From Escherichia coli (GTDB lineage Bacteria; Pseudomonadota; Gammaproteobacteria; Enterobacterales; Enterobacteriaceae): a DNA stretch of 64,000 bases. Position numbers and translations under genes: made by a program. Positions within the stretch are counted from its first letter, which is position 1. Every line of letters starts with the position of its first letter. Below are positions 1-10,463 of the stretch, one piece after another. A model generated the notes under the pieces. The model saw nothing but the letters and a program-made list of their open reading frames with translations. It was not told the DNA's origin and did no database searches. The stretch lies in assembly GCF_001677475.2 (NCBI RefSeq), contig NZ_CP015229.1; one strand, given 5' to 3'.

Positions 1-2506
1 TTTCCCATGCGTGAGCACCGGTGGCATAAGGCTTCACCACACCGTCAATACAGGTAGCCAGCCACAGGGAAACAGATTCCTCAGCCAGACGTGTCGACAG
101 CTTTTCCGGAAGGTAATCGTTGATATTGGCGGCATAGCCAGGCTTGAAGTTCAGGACAAACTTTTTAGCCATTGCACGATCGCAGTAATATTTGCCCACT
201 TGCTCCTGCTCGCTGCGGGCAAATCCTTCCGGCATTACCACGTCCTCACCGTAGACTGATTCAATAAGAAGGCGGGCTGCGTGTGGCATTTGAATAGCGC
301 CTTGCTCACGCAGTACACGCTGCGTCAGCCAGATTCGTCCATGATCGGGATAGACATATGCACTGTTACGCATGGCACTGCCGAACCATTCGTCACCAGG
401 AGCGTCGTCCCAGACGGGGGCCAGAATCAGCAATTCAGGAGGGGAACGCTCGTCTTTTCCGTCACGCTTTAACTGACCATTAATATCGCGGATATGCCGC
501 TGTAATCGCCCCGCCCGTTGGATCAGCAAATCAACAGAGGCCAGGTCGGAGATCATTTCGTCCAGGTCAATATCCACACTTTGTTCAATTACTTGCGTAC
601 AAACAATGACTTGCGATAATCTCTGTAAACTACAACTTTTACCAAAGCGTGCCAACGTTTCCGTTTCAATTCGCTGGCGATCGCTAAAAGCAAAGCGGCT
701 ATGAAAAAGAGAAAGGCTGGAAGCAGGAATGACGCCGCGGGCAAGTAACTGACGATAAACTTTAATAGCATCATCGACAGAATTCCGGATCCAGGCGATG
801 CATTTCCCCTGACTTACCGCCGATTCGATACGCGCAATACACTCTTGTTCGCTATGAAGCCAACCCACGCTCACGCTACGCTCAACGTCTTTGCGCGTCG
901 CTACCCGGTGTGAATGCACATCGGATTTCGTAACGTGCGTCAGCCAGGGGTAATCATCCTTTTCCAGGAACGGAGCTTCTTGCTGGCCCTCTGTACCACG
1001 CGCAAAGGCAGCAACGAGTTTGTCGCGCTGCTGTTGAGATAACGTGGCAGAAAGCAAAATGACGCTGTTTCCGCCACGCGCCTGCAGCTCGATCAGCCCT
1101 TCAAGAATGCATGACATGTAAGCGTCACAGGCATGGATCTCATCAGCCAGCAGGATTTTGTTACTCAGTCCCAGAAGCCGCAGATTATTATGTTTGAACG
1201 GCATCACAGCCATCATCGCCTGATCCAGCGTGCCGACGCCAATTTCAGCCAGCAACGCCTTCTTGTTACTGTCAGCAAACCAGGCCGCACATCCCTGGCT
1301 GAAAGCTTGTTCATCCGGTTCTTCTGACCCGACTAAATCACCGGACCAGAGTGATTCATTAAAGCGGTCCATTAATGTGCGGGCACTGTGTGCCAGCACC
1401 AGGCTGGGGCGGGATTGTGGCGAATAGAAAGCAAGCCAGGTTTTGACCAGCCGATCGTACATGGCATTGGCCGTTGCCATTGTTGGCAGGCCAAAAAACA
1501 AACCCTGCGCTTTCCCCGCAGCCATCAACCTGTGCGCCAGGATAAGCGCCGCTTCTGTTTTACCTGCGCCGGTTACATCCTCCAGAATAAATAACTGTGG
1601 TCCCGGCTGGCTGATATCCAGATCCAGCACCTTTTGCTGTAGCGGTGTCGGATTCTCAATAAAAGGAAACAGCGTATTAATTCCGGTGAAAGGCGCGGTT
1701 TCTGCTTTTGGAGGAAAGACGGTTAAGGCGTTTTGAGCCTGAACTAAAGTTTTCTGCCAGTAATCTTCAATATCCATTGTCTGTGCGACGCGTGGAAAAA
1801 ATCGCGTTGACGATCCCGTCCAGTCTGCAAGTACGACGGTTGCAGAGATATACCAGGAAAGTTGTTTTATAAGTTCAACGCCCTCGTCATCATCCCAGAA
1901 TGTGGGGATCTCTATGAGCGGAAACAGTGCCTTGATTGCAAGGAGAAAATCTCGTGCGGCAGCTTTGTCTTCAGGCAGAAAGTTGTCCAGTTCATCCATA
2001 CGGTCAGGAGGCCGACCATGATGCCCGGTAGTTATGGGCATCCACATATCTATTACCCGTTTGAGCTTGCGCGGAGAGAGTGAAGATGCAGGAAGCAATT
2101 CTTCGCATTCACTTAAATAATGGTGCCACAACCAGTAACCCAGCGTTGAATGAGAGATTTTTTCGTAATTTTTTCTAGAGCTTTCCGGAACCTTGAGTTG
2201 CGGGTGCAGGTAAAGTTGCTGAAAAGAGCGGGCAAATTTTCCAGTATCGTGCCAGCACAATAGCCAGGCGAAAAATTGTGCTGCCTGCTCCGTATCAGCG
2301 AAACCTAGTTGACGAAAATAGTCAGCCAGCCCGAAGCAATTGCTTTTAACCATTAAATAGCCCATCGCGGCTACATCCAGCGAATGCCAGCAAAGAAGGT
2401 GATAGTCGTCGCCCCCGTCTTTCTCGCCGCGTCGGGTTTTTCCCCAGAAATCAAAAAAAGTCACAATATTTTTATCCTTCAGTAAACTTAAAGGATATTT
2501 ACGCAT
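1..2506 (-). CDS. cas3: Cas3 (HD nuclease + SF2 helicase), CRISPR-associated; C-terminus lies outside the window
   Basis: Minus-strand frame is open from the ATG at 2504-2506 to the window edge (about 835 codons, no stop seen; absent from the ORF track because its stop is off-window). Translation begins MRKYPLSLLKDKNIVTFFDFWGKT and contains HD-domain motifs (LLCWHSLDVAAMG, WHDTGKF), Walker A (EDVTGAGKTEAALILA) and a DExH box (LLADEIHACD). Start codon uncertain (in-frame GTG at 2462-2464 is an alternative). Confidence 0.8.
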   Translation of the reverse strand, partial: MRKYPLSLLKDKNIVTFFDFWGKTRRGEKDGGDDYHLLCWHSLDVAAMGYLMVKSNCFGLADYFRQLGFADTEQAAQFFAWLLCWHDTGKFARSFQQLYLHPQLKVPESSRKNYEKISHSTLGYWLWHHYLSECEELLPASSLSPRKLKRVIDMWMPITTGHHGRPPDRMDELDNFLPEDKAAARDFLLAIKALFPLIEIPTFWDDDEGVELIKQLSWYISATVVLADWTGSSTRFFPRVAQTMDIEDYWQKTLVQAQNALTVFPPKAETAPFTGINTLFPFIENPTPLQQKVLDLDISQPGPQLFILEDVTGAGKTEAALILAHRLMAAGKAQGLFFGLPTMATANAMYDRLVKTWLAFYSPQSRPSLVLAHSARTLMDRFNESLWSGDLVGSEEPDEQAFSQGCAAWFADSNKKALLAEIGVGTLDQAMMAVMPFKHNNLRLLGLSNKILLADEIHACDAYMSCILEGLIELQARGGNSVILLSATLSQQQRDKLVAAFARGTEGQQEAPFLEKDDYPWLTHVTKSDVHSHRVATRKDVERSVSVGWLHSEQECIARIESAVSQGKCIAWIRNSVDDAIKVYRQLLARGVIPASSLSLFHSRFAFSDRQRIETETLARFGKSCSLQRLSQVIVCTQVIEQSVDIDLDEMISDLASVDLLIQRAGRLQRHIRDINGQLKRDGKDERSPPELLILAPVWDDAPGDEWFGSAMRNSAYVYPDHGRIWLTQRVLREQGAIQMPHAARLLIESVYGEDVVMPEGFARSEQEQVGKYYCDRAMAKKFVLNFKPGYAANINDYLPEKLSTRLAEESVSLWLATCIDGVVKPYATGAHAWE

Positions 2507-2640
2507 ATATTAAAAATTATCTGTGATATATATCGTTCAATAAAATATTTACATTATGAATAATCAAATAATTTTCATCCGTAATATATATGAATAATAA
2601 ACATAGGCATAATATTCACATAAACAATATAAATTAAAAA
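2507..2640 (-). promoter_or_regulatory. AT-rich tract immediately upstream of cas3; probable cas3 promoter region
   Basis: About 130 bp of roughly 80% A+T directly 5' of the cas3 start; position fits a promoter. H-NS-type silencing of E. coli cas promoters is established knowledge; no -35/-10 assigned. Confidence 0.35.
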
Positions 2641-3117
2641 AGGGTGCAGGAGACCAAACCATCACAATTCAGTACGCGGGGTTTTATCCCCGCGTGGTGG
2701 CTACTTCTTCGATTCGTAAGCGAAAACTGCCTTAAACTCCATACCACGTTCTCTGATACTCAACTCACACAACGAGTCGCCTACCATCAGCGTGAATCAT
2801 CGTACTGTACAACACAGTACGATGATTGCCACAAGGGCATATTTTGTCAGCATGTCTTGCCTCCCTGCAAAGAAGAGACTAACATTCGAATTGTTTGGGT
2901 TCGAACGTAAGCCTCAGGTTGATAGAAATATCGCCTGGGGCTTTTGTCCATCTGGAACCTCGCGAATGCTTAACGCCAGACAGCCTCAAGCACCCGACGC
3001 CATTCTATACCTGATAATTCTTCCAGCGGCGTTCACGTTTAAAATCAGGAATGCTGCTCGCAAAATAAAAACGCCCCCATCATTTCTGACAGAGGCGTTT
3101 AATTTATCCGGCAATAT

Positions 3118-3852
3118 CTACCCTTCGTGTAACCCACATTCCCTTTTTAAGCCAAAGAAACGAGTTTCTTCTTCCGCCATGCCGGGTTCCCATTTACGGG
3201 TTGTATGGGTATCGCCCACCGATAAATATCCTTCGTCCCATAATGGGTGATATTTCAGGCCATGTTTTTGCAGATACTGATATATCGTTCGGTTATCCCA
3301 GTCGATAATCGGCAGCACTTTAAATACGCCACGCTGAATTGCCAGCACCGGTAAATTGGCGCGACTGCCGGATTGTTCGCGGCGCAGGCCAGCAAACCAC
3401 GTTTGCGCATTCAGTTCTTTCAGCGCCCGGTTCATCGGTTCGACTTTGTTGATGTCATTGTACTTTTCAATGCCTTCAACGCCCTGCTCCCATAGTTTTC
3501 CGTAACGTGCTTCCTGCCAGGCGGCGCTTTCGGTAGCGCGGTACACTTTCAGGTTGAGCTTGAGTTTGTCCGTTAACTCGTCAATAAAGCGGTAGGTTTC
3601 CGGGAACAAGTAACCCGTATCGGTGAGGATCACTGGAATATCCGGGCGAATCTGATTCACCAGATGCAGGCTCACCGCCGCCTGAATGCCGAAACTGGAA
3701 GAAAGTACATATTCACCGGGCAGATTATCCAGCGCCCAGGCAACGCGGCCTTCAGCGTCCAGTTTTTCCAGTTCGGCGTTAGTTTCTGCCAGCGCCAGAA
3801 TGCGATCTACCTTCGGCAGTTCGTTCAGGGCGTTTAGATCGAGTTTGGACAT
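3118..3852 (-). CDS. cysH: phosphoadenosine phosphosulfate (PAPS) reductase
   Basis: 244-aa frame [15 protein letters not shown]...KRECGLHEG; recognised as CysH. ORF-track entry 3118..4005 extends to an upstream in-frame start that I do not use. Confidence 0.93.
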   Translation of the reverse strand: MSKLDLNALNELPKVDRILALAETNAELEKLDAEGRVAWALDNLPGEYVLSSSFGIQAAVSLHLVNQIRPDIPVILTDTGYLFPETYRFIDELTDKLKLNLKVYRATESAAWQEARYGKLWEQGVEGIEKYNDINKVEPMNRALKELNAQTWFAGLRREQSGSRANLPVLAIQRGVFKVLPIIDWDNRTIYQYLQKHGLKYHPLWDEGYLSVGDTHTTRKWEPGMAEEETRFFGLKRECGLHEG

Positions 3853-3873
3853 AGATTCCTCACTGTTTGCCTT

Positions 3874-3906
3874 GCCTGATGCGACGCTCACGCGTCTTAT
3901 CAGGCC
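3874..3906. repeat. REP (repetitive extragenic palindrome) between cysH and cysI
   Basis: Imperfect palindrome GCCTGATGCGACGCTCACGCGTCTTATCAGGCC, the typical REP consensus. Confidence 0.7.
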
Positions 3907-3925
3907 TACAAGACCGGGCTGATGG

Positions 3926-5638
3926 TTAATCCCACAAATCGCGCGCCGGATCGAGCACCGGGCGAATGATGCCCGCACGCACCGTAAAGTCGCCGAAGCC
4001 TTCACCCGCTTCGCGCTCTTTCGCCCAGCGCCCTATCAGTTCATCAAGCGACGCCAGGATTTCCGGTTCGGTGATGTTTTCTTTATACATCCGTGGGATA
4101 CGTGTCCCAATGCGGTTGCCGCCAAGATGCAGGTTGTAGCGACCCGGCGCTTTACCCACCAGGCCCACTTCCGCCAGCATCGCGCGACCACAACCGTTCG
4201 GGCAGCCTGTTACACGCATCACGATATGCTCATCGCTGACACCATGTTTCGCCATTAAATTATCGATGTTGTCGATAAAAGACGGCAGGAAACGCTCCGC
4301 TTCCGCCATCGCCAGCGGGCAAGTCGGGAATGACACGCAGGCCATTGAGTTTTCACGCTGCGGCGTGACGGCATTCATTAACCCGCTCTCTTTAGCGATC
4401 TTCTCGATCTTTGCTTTCTCACTTTCCGGCACACCGGCGATGATCAGATTCTGGTTCGCCGTAATGCGGAAATCACCTTTGTGGATCTTCGCGATCTCCA
4501 GCAGGCCGGTTTTCAGCGGACGCCCAGGATAATCAAGGATGCGACCATTTTCGATAAACAGCGTCAGGTGCCAGTTATCATCAATGCCTTTAACCCAGCC
4601 AATACGATCGCCACGTCCGGTAAATTCATACGGGCGGATAGGTTCGAACTTGACCCCCGCACGACGTTCCACTTCCGCTTTAAACGTCTCAATACCCACG
4701 CGCTCCAGCGTGTATTTGGTTTTGGCATTTTTACGATCGGTTCGATTACCCCAGTCACGCTGAGTCGTCACGACGGCTTCCGCCACCGCCAGCGTATGCT
4801 CCAGCGGCAGATAGCCAAACTCGCTCGCGGTGCGGGCGTAGGTTTTTTTGTTACCGTGTTCGATGGAAAGCCCACCGCCCACCAGCAGGTTAAAGCCCAC
4901 CAGCTTGCCGTTTTCGGCGATCGCCACGAAGTTCATGTCGTTGGCGTGCAGATCGATATCGTTCTGCGGCGGGATCACTACCGTGGTTTTGAATTTACGC
5001 GGCAAATAAGTCTGACCGAGGATCGGTTCTTCATCGGTGGTGGCGACTTTTTCCTGATCGAGCCAGATCTCCGCATACGCGCGGGTACGCGGCAGCAGAT
5101 GTTCAGATATTTTCTTCGCCCATTCATAAGCTTCCGCGTGCAGCTGCGACTCGTAAGGGTTCGAGGTGCAGAGTACGTTACGGTTCATGTCGTTAGCAGT
5201 CGCCAGCGCATCAAGACCGACCGAGTGCAGCATCTGGTGCACCGGTTTGACGTTCTTTTTCAGAATGCCGTGGAACTGAAACGTCTGGCGGTTGGTCAGG
5301 CGAATGCTGCCATAGATGGTGTTTTCACCGGCAAATTTGTCTATCGCCTGCCACTGTTTGGTGGTGATCACGCCACCCGGCAGACGGCAGCGCAACAGCA
5401 TCGCGTGGCGCGGCGCCAGCTTCTGTTCAGCACGTTCGGCGCGGATGTCGCGGTCATCCTGCTGATACATGCCGTGGAAGCGGATCAGCAGGAAGTTGTC
5501 GCCCTTAAAGCCGCCGGTCAGACCGTCGTTTAAATCTTCCGCAATGGTGCCGCGCAGGTAGTTGCTTTCAAGCTTCATGCGCTCGGCGTCTGTCAGTTTT
5601 CCTTCGACCACTAAAGGCCCTGGATGTTTTTCGCTCAT
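3926..5638 (-). CDS. cysI: sulfite reductase (NADPH) hemoprotein beta subunit
   Basis: 570-aa ORF; recognised CysI sequence with the C-terminal Cys cluster (TGCPNGCGR). Confidence 0.95.
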   Translation of the reverse strand: MSEKHPGPLVVEGKLTDAERMKLESNYLRGTIAEDLNDGLTGGFKGDNFLLIRFHGMYQQDDRDIRAERAEQKLAPRHAMLLRCRLPGGVITTKQWQAIDKFAGENTIYGSIRLTNRQTFQFHGILKKNVKPVHQMLHSVGLDALATANDMNRNVLCTSNPYESQLHAEAYEWAKKISEHLLPRTRAYAEIWLDQEKVATTDEEPILGQTYLPRKFKTTVVIPPQNDIDLHANDMNFVAIAENGKLVGFNLLVGGGLSIEHGNKKTYARTASEFGYLPLEHTLAVAEAVVTTQRDWGNRTDRKNAKTKYTLERVGIETFKAEVERRAGVKFEPIRPYEFTGRGDRIGWVKGIDDNWHLTLFIENGRILDYPGRPLKTGLLEIAKIHKGDFRITANQNLIIAGVPESEKAKIEKIAKESGLMNAVTPQRENSMACVSFPTCPLAMAEAERFLPSFIDNIDNLMAKHGVSDEHIVMRVTGCPNGCGRAMLAEVGLVGKAPGRYNLHLGGNRIGTRIPRMYKENITEPEILASLDELIGRWAKEREAGEGFGDFTVRAGIIRPVLDPARDLWD

Positions 5639-7437
5639 TAGTAGACATCTCGCTGATAACGGCGCTCTACGCGCAGCTCACTTAAAAATTCATCCGCCGC
5701 TTCGGTGTCCATGCCACCAAATTCGGCAATCACTTCCAGAAGTGCCTGCTCAACGTCTTTCGCCATGCGATTAGCGTCGCCGCAGACATAAATGTGGGCA
5801 CCGTCATTGATCCAGCGCCACAGCTCCGCGCCCTGTTCGCGCAGTTTGTCTTGTACGTAAACTTTTTCTTTTTGATCGCGCGACCAGGCGAGATCGATAC
5901 GTGTCAGCACGCCCTCTTTGACGTAGCGCTGCCACTCCACCTGGTAGAGGAAATCTTCCGTAAAGTGCGGGTTGCCAAAGAACAGCCAGTTTTTACCCGG
6001 CGCTTCATCGGCAGCACGTTGCTGCATAAAGGCGCGGAACGGCGCGATGCCGGTGCCTGGGCCAATCATAATCACCGGGGTTTCCGGGTTAGCGGGCAGG
6101 CGGAAGTTATCGTTATGTTCGATAAAGACGCGGACTTCGCCCTCTTCTTCCACGCGGTCAGCGAGGAAGCTGGAGGCACCACCGGCACGGGCGCGGCCTT
6201 CCACGTCGTAACGCACCACACCAACGGTAACGTGCACTTCGTTCTCGACTTCCGCCTGCGAGGAGGCGATGGAATACAGGCGCGGGGTCAGCGGGCGCAG
6301 CAGATTAATCAGCGCTTCGGCATCCAGTTGCGCCGGAGAGAAACGCACCATGTCGACAATCGGCGTCGTCGCGGCGTAATGCTGTAACTTCGCTTTATCG
6401 CCCACCAGCGGCAGCAGCGTTTCGCTGCGCGTTAAGGTAGCGTAGTTCTCAACGATATTGGCGGTGTTGACGGTTAGTTCGAAGTGCCACTGTAGCGCTT
6501 CGTTCAGAGGCAACGTTTTGCCCTCGACGGTGACAGGTTCATCGCCTTTCAGCCACAGCAGTTCGACAAGTTCTTTCACCAGTGCCGGATCGTTTTGATA
6601 CCAGACGCCCAGCGCATCGCCCGGCTGATAACGCAGACCAGAGTCACCTAAGTCAATTTCGATATGGCGAACGTCTTTTTCAGAGTTACGCCCGGTAATT
6701 TTCTGGTTAACCGAAAGGCTGGCCACCAGCGGCGCGTCTTTGCTATACGGGCTGGTGTGGATTTCATTTACCGCGCCAGTAGCGACGGATTGCGAAGGTG
6801 CCGCGACAGGCGCACGCGATTTAAGCGCATCAACCACGCGGGCGCGCCACTCGCTGGCAGCAGCCTGGTATTCAACATCGGCATCGACACGGTCGAGCAG
6901 GCGTTCACCACCCAGTTCCGCCAGCTTGCTGTCAAAATCTTTCCCGGACTGGCAGAAAAATTCATAAGAGCTATCGCCGAGGCTAAACACGGCAAACGCG
7001 GTGTTTTCCAGCTTTGGCGCTTTTTTGGAGAACAGGAACTTATGCAGCGCGACGGCTTCTTCCGGCGGTTCCCCTTCCCCTTGCGTTGACGTCACCACGA
7101 TAAGCAGTTTTTCGCTGGCGATTTGTTTGAATTTATAGTCGCCCGCGTTCACCAGCTTAACGTTCAGTTTTGCCGCTAATAAATCATCGCGTAATGCTTC
7201 AGCAACCCGGCGCGCATTGCCGGTTTGCGAAGCGGAGATAATAGTTATACCCGGCATTTCTGCGGCGGGCGCTGGCGTCGCTGCAAGCGCAGCAGGCTGC
7301 TGGTTGAGCACGCCCCAGAAATAGCCAGAAACCCAGGCAAGCTGGGTGGGAGTTAAATCGGTCGTGGCCGCCTGAAGGCGTGCCAGTTGCTCCGGGTTCA
7401 ACGGAAGCAACGCGGAAGGTGGGACCTGTGTCGTCAT
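5638..7437 (-). CDS. cysJ: sulfite reductase (NADPH) flavoprotein alpha subunit
   Basis: 599-aa ORF with flavodoxin-like and FAD/NADPH-binding regions; its stop overlaps the cysI start by 1 nt, consistent with a cysJIH operon. Confidence 0.95.
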   Translation of the reverse strand: MTTQVPPSALLPLNPEQLARLQAATTDLTPTQLAWVSGYFWGVLNQQPAALAATPAPAAEMPGITIISASQTGNARRVAEALRDDLLAAKLNVKLVNAGDYKFKQIASEKLLIVVTSTQGEGEPPEEAVALHKFLFSKKAPKLENTAFAVFSLGDSSYEFFCQSGKDFDSKLAELGGERLLDRVDADVEYQAAASEWRARVVDALKSRAPVAAPSQSVATGAVNEIHTSPYSKDAPLVASLSVNQKITGRNSEKDVRHIEIDLGDSGLRYQPGDALGVWYQNDPALVKELVELLWLKGDEPVTVEGKTLPLNEALQWHFELTVNTANIVENYATLTRSETLLPLVGDKAKLQHYAATTPIVDMVRFSPAQLDAEALINLLRPLTPRLYSIASSQAEVENEVHVTVGVVRYDVEGRARAGGASSFLADRVEEEGEVRVFIEHNDNFRLPANPETPVIMIGPGTGIAPFRAFMQQRAADEAPGKNWLFFGNPHFTEDFLYQVEWQRYVKEGVLTRIDLAWSRDQKEKVYVQDKLREQGAELWRWINDGAHIYVCGDANRMAKDVEQALLEVIAEFGGMDTEAADEFLSELRVERRYQRDVY

Positions 7438-7752
7438 GCGTCGTTATGTTCCAGTAAGCAAAGCTGTTTCTGCGCCCTGTCAGCGCCCATAAAACAGAAG
7501 AGAAGGTAAGGTTAACGGGGTGAACGGTGTGGATTAAAGACGGGATAGCGATAACTAATAACCAAATCGACTAACCTGTTTTAGCAATAGTCTTTAACAA
7601 CAAAACAGATTAACCAACCCAATGAAAAACAAATGAATTTAGCCAATCATTAAGATAAATTAGCGATTTTGCGCAACAAAGTCGTTTTAGATAATGCGAA
7701 AAAACAGCCTTTCCGGTACTCTACGGCGGTTTTATCGTCCTGTAGAGAAATT

Positions 7753-8118
7753 ATGATGTCCACCACGTTATTTAAAGATTTCACCTTCGAAGCCGCTCAC
7801 CGCTTACCACACGTCCCGGAAGGACATAAATGTGGTCGCCTGCACGGGCATTCCTTTATGGTGCGACTGGAAATTACCGGGGAAGTCGATCCGCATACGG
7901 GCTGGATTATCGATTTCGCTGAACTGAAAGCGGCGTTTAAGCCAACTTATGAGCGCCTCGATCACCATTATCTCAATGATATTCCAGGCCTGGAAAACCC
8001 GACCAGCGAGGTTTTAGCAAAATGGATTTGGGATCAGGTTAAACCCGTTGTGCCGCTGTTAAGTGCGGTGATGGTAAAAGAAACCTGCACCGCAGGTTGT
8101 ATCTATCGCGGCGAATGA
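7753..8118 (+). CDS. queD: 6-carboxy-5,6,7,8-tetrahydropterin synthase (queuosine biosynthesis)
   Basis: 121-aa frame [33 protein letters not shown]...; ORF-track entry 7669..8118 is an N-terminal over-extension. Confidence 0.9.
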   Translation: MMSTTLFKDFTFEAAHRLPHVPEGHKCGRLHGHSFMVRLEITGEVDPHTGWIIDFAELKAAFKPTYERLDHHYLNDIPGLENPTSEVLAKWIWDQVKPVVPLLSAVMVKETCTAGCIYRGE

Positions 8119-8195
8119 TAAGAGTGTGTCGGCGGTCAATTTCCCTTAAGTAACGCTATGTTAGGGTATTGTGTTCTGGATATCTGGGGCATGAC

Positions 8196-9467
8196 ATGGA
8201 AGACGACTGCGACATTATTATTATTGGTGCCGGTATTGCAGGCACCGCTTGCGCGTTACGCTGCGCGCGAGCGGGTTTATCCGTTTTGTTACTGGAACGC
8301 GCTGAAATCCCCGGCAGCAAAAATCTTTCCGGCGGGCGTTTATATACCCAGGCGCTCGCGGAACTCCTCCCACAATTTCATCTGACCGCGCCTCTTGAAC
8401 GACGCATCACTCACGAAAGCCTTTCCCTGTTAACGCCGGATGGCGCAACGACGTTTTCCAGCTTACAGCCCGGCGGTGAATCCTGGAGTGTATTACGTGC
8501 ACGTTTCGATCCGTGGCTGGTTGCCGAAGCCGAAAAAGAAGGTGTCGAATGCATCCCTGGTGCGACGGTGGATGCGCTGTATGAAGAAAACGGCAGGGTG
8601 TGTGGTGTCATTTGTGGTGACGATATTCTCCGCGCCCGTTATGTGGTGCTGGCAGAAGGTGCCAACAGCGTCCTGGCTGAACGTCACGGGTTAGTGACTC
8701 GTCCTGCTGGCGAAGCGATGGCGTTGGGGATCAAAGAAGTGCTGTCGCTGGAAACATCCGCTATTGAAGAACGTTTTCATCTGGAGAATAACGAAGGCGC
8801 AGCGTTGCTGTTCAGCGGCGGGATCTGTGATGACTTACCCGGCGGCGCATTTCTTTATACTAATCAACAAACGCTCTCGTTAGGGATTGTTTGCCCGCTC
8901 TCTTCCCTTACGCAAAGTCGTGTTCCGGCAAGCGAGCTGCTGGCTCGCTTTAAAACGCATCCGGCAGTGCGCCCGCTTATCAAAAACACGGAATCACTGG
9001 AGTATGGTGCGCATCTGGTGCCAGAAGGTGGCTTGCACAGTATGCCGGTGCAATACGCCGGTAACGGCTGGCTGCTGCTGGGCGATGCGTTGCGCAGTTG
9101 CGTCAATACCGGAATTTCCGTGCGCGGCATGGATATGGCGCTAACTGGCGCGCAGGCGGCGGCACAAACGCTGATAAGCGCCTGCCAGCATCGCGAGCCG
9201 CAAAATCTGTTTGCGCTTTATCATTACAACGTAGAGCGCAGCCTGCTGTGGGATGTTCTACAGCGCTATCAGCATGTTCCGGCGCTTTTGCAACGCCCTG
9301 GCTGGTATCGGGCGTGGCCTGCGCTAATGCAGGATATTTCCCGTGATTTATGGGATCAGGGTGATAAACCTGTTCCGCCGCTGCGCCAGTTGCTCTGGCG
9401 TCATTTACGTCGTCATGGCCTGTGGCATCTGGCGGGCGATGTTGTCAGGAGTATTCGATGTCTGTAG
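8196..9467 (+). CDS. ygcN: FixC-like electron-transfer-flavoprotein:quinone oxidoreductase (FAD-dependent)
   Basis: 423-aa frame from ATG 8196 (MEDDCDIIIIGAGIAGTACAL... with a GxGxxG FAD fold), GGGG Shine-Dalgarno 6-8 nt upstream; ORF-track start 8169 is a TTG extension. Confidence 0.88.
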   Translation: MEDDCDIIIIGAGIAGTACALRCARAGLSVLLLERAEIPGSKNLSGGRLYTQALAELLPQFHLTAPLERRITHESLSLLTPDGATTFSSLQPGGESWSVLRARFDPWLVAEAEKEGVECIPGATVDALYEENGRVCGVICGDDILRARYVVLAEGANSVLAERHGLVTRPAGEAMALGIKEVLSLETSAIEERFHLENNEGAALLFSGGICDDLPGGAFLYTNQQTLSLGIVCPLSSLTQSRVPASELLARFKTHPAVRPLIKNTESLEYGAHLVPEGGLHSMPVQYAGNGWLLLGDALRSCVNTGISVRGMDMALTGAQAAAQTLISACQHREPQNLFALYHYNVERSLLWDVLQRYQHVPALLQRPGWYRAWPALMQDISRDLWDQGDKPVPPLRQLLWRHLRRHGLWHLAGDVVRSIRCL

Positions 9468-9718
9468 CCCGTAATCTCTGGCGCGCTGCTGATGCGCCGC
9501 ACATTGTTCCGGCTGACTCCGTTGAGCGTCAGACGGTACAACGGTTGATTAACGCTTGTCCGGCTGGTCTTTTTTCGCTCACACCGGAAGGTGACTTACG
9601 CGTTGATTATCGCGGCTGCCTGGAGTGTGGCACCTGCCGTTTGCTGTGCGACGAATCAACACTACAACAGTGGCGCTATCCGCCTTCCGGATTCGGCATC
9701 ACCTACCGTTTTGGATAA
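9458..9718 (+). CDS. ygcO: FixX-like ferredoxin-like protein
   Basis: 86-aa frame MSVARNLWRA...CLECGTCRLLCDES; AGGAG 6 nt upstream of the ATG; overlaps the ygcN 3' end by 10 nt. Confidence 0.85.
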   Translation: MSVARNLWRAADAPHIVPADSVERQTVQRLINACPAGLFSLTPEGDLRVDYRGCLECGTCRLLCDESTLQQWRYPPSGFGITYRFG

Positions 9719-9734
9719 ATAATAAGGATAATTT

Positions 9735-10310
9735 ATGCCCCTCTTACACCTGCTCCGCCAGAATCCGGTGATTGCTGCCGTTAAAGATAATGCCAGCCTG
9801 CAACTGGCAATCGACTCTGAATGCCAGTTTATTTCCGTGTTGTACGGCAATATCTGCACCATTAGTCAAATCGTTAAAAAGATTAAAAATGCCGGAAAAT
9901 ATGCTTTTATTCATGTTGATTTGCTGGAAGGCGCGTCAAATAAAGAAGTGGTGATTCAGTTTTTGAAACTGGTGACTGAGGCGGATGGAATTATCAGCAC
10001 CAAAGCATCGATGCTAAAAGCGGCAAAAGCGGAAGGTTTTTTCTGTATTCATCGTCTGTTTATTGTTGATTCAATTTCGTTTCACAACATTGATAAGCAA
10101 GTTGCGCAATCGAATCCGGATTGTATTGAGATCCTGCCAGGCTGTATGCCCAAAGTGCTGGGCTGGGTGACGGAGAAAATCCGCCAACCGCTGATTGCCG
10201 GCGGGCTGGTGTGCGATGAAGAAGATGCGCGTAATGCGATTAACGCGGGTGTTGTGGCGCTTTCCACCACGAATACCGGGGTCTGGACGTTAGCGAAAAA
10301 ATTGCTTTGA
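9735..10310 (+). CDS. ygcP: GlpP-family putative transcription antiterminator
   Basis: 191-aa ORF; size and sequence fit the GlpP (glycerol-3-phosphate-responsive antiterminator) family as annotated for E. coli YgcP. Confidence 0.85.
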   Translation: MPLLHLLRQNPVIAAVKDNASLQLAIDSECQFISVLYGNICTISQIVKKIKNAGKYAFIHVDLLEGASNKEVVIQFLKLVTEADGIISTKASMLKAAKAEGFFCIHRLFIVDSISFHNIDKQVAQSNPDCIEILPGCMPKVLGWVTEKIRQPLIAGGLVCDEEDARNAINAGVVALSTTNTGVWTLAKKLL

Positions 10311-10344
10311 CGGGATACTCGTAACGAGTTGAATTTGTGTGATT

Positions 10345-10460
10345 TGTAGGCTGCACGCCACATCCGACATTCAGCGCCTGATACGACGCTTGACGCTTGA
10401 CGCGTCTTATCAGGCTTGCAAGTCCCCAGCCCAGAACCGTAGGCAGGATCATCCGGCAGC
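10345..10460. repeat. BIME / REP cluster between convergent ygcP and ygcQ
   Basis: REP-type palindromes, including GCCTGATACGACGCTTGACGCTTGACGCGTCTTATCAGGC (10376-10415) and flanking GC-rich REP-like arms. Confidence 0.65.
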
Positions 10461-10463
10461 ACG

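Noticed and set aside
2644-3250. Plus-strand ORFs 2644..2910 and 2792..3250 in the cas3-cysH spacer, and a possible hok/sok-like toxin locus there
   Set aside because: No ribosome-binding sites, the second overlaps cysH, and neither encodes a Hok-like small hydrophobic peptide; the region is treated as regulatory DNA with the palindromes reported separately.
4481-5533. 350-aa plus-strand ORF antisense to cysI; similar long antisense ORFs at 5794..6387 (cysJ), 13602..14528 (ygcU), 22194..23189 (eno), 34770..35480 (gudX) and 50958..51707 (fucI)
   Set aside because: Each lies entirely inside a conserved gene on the opposite strand and is an open-frame artefact of GC-rich codon usage.
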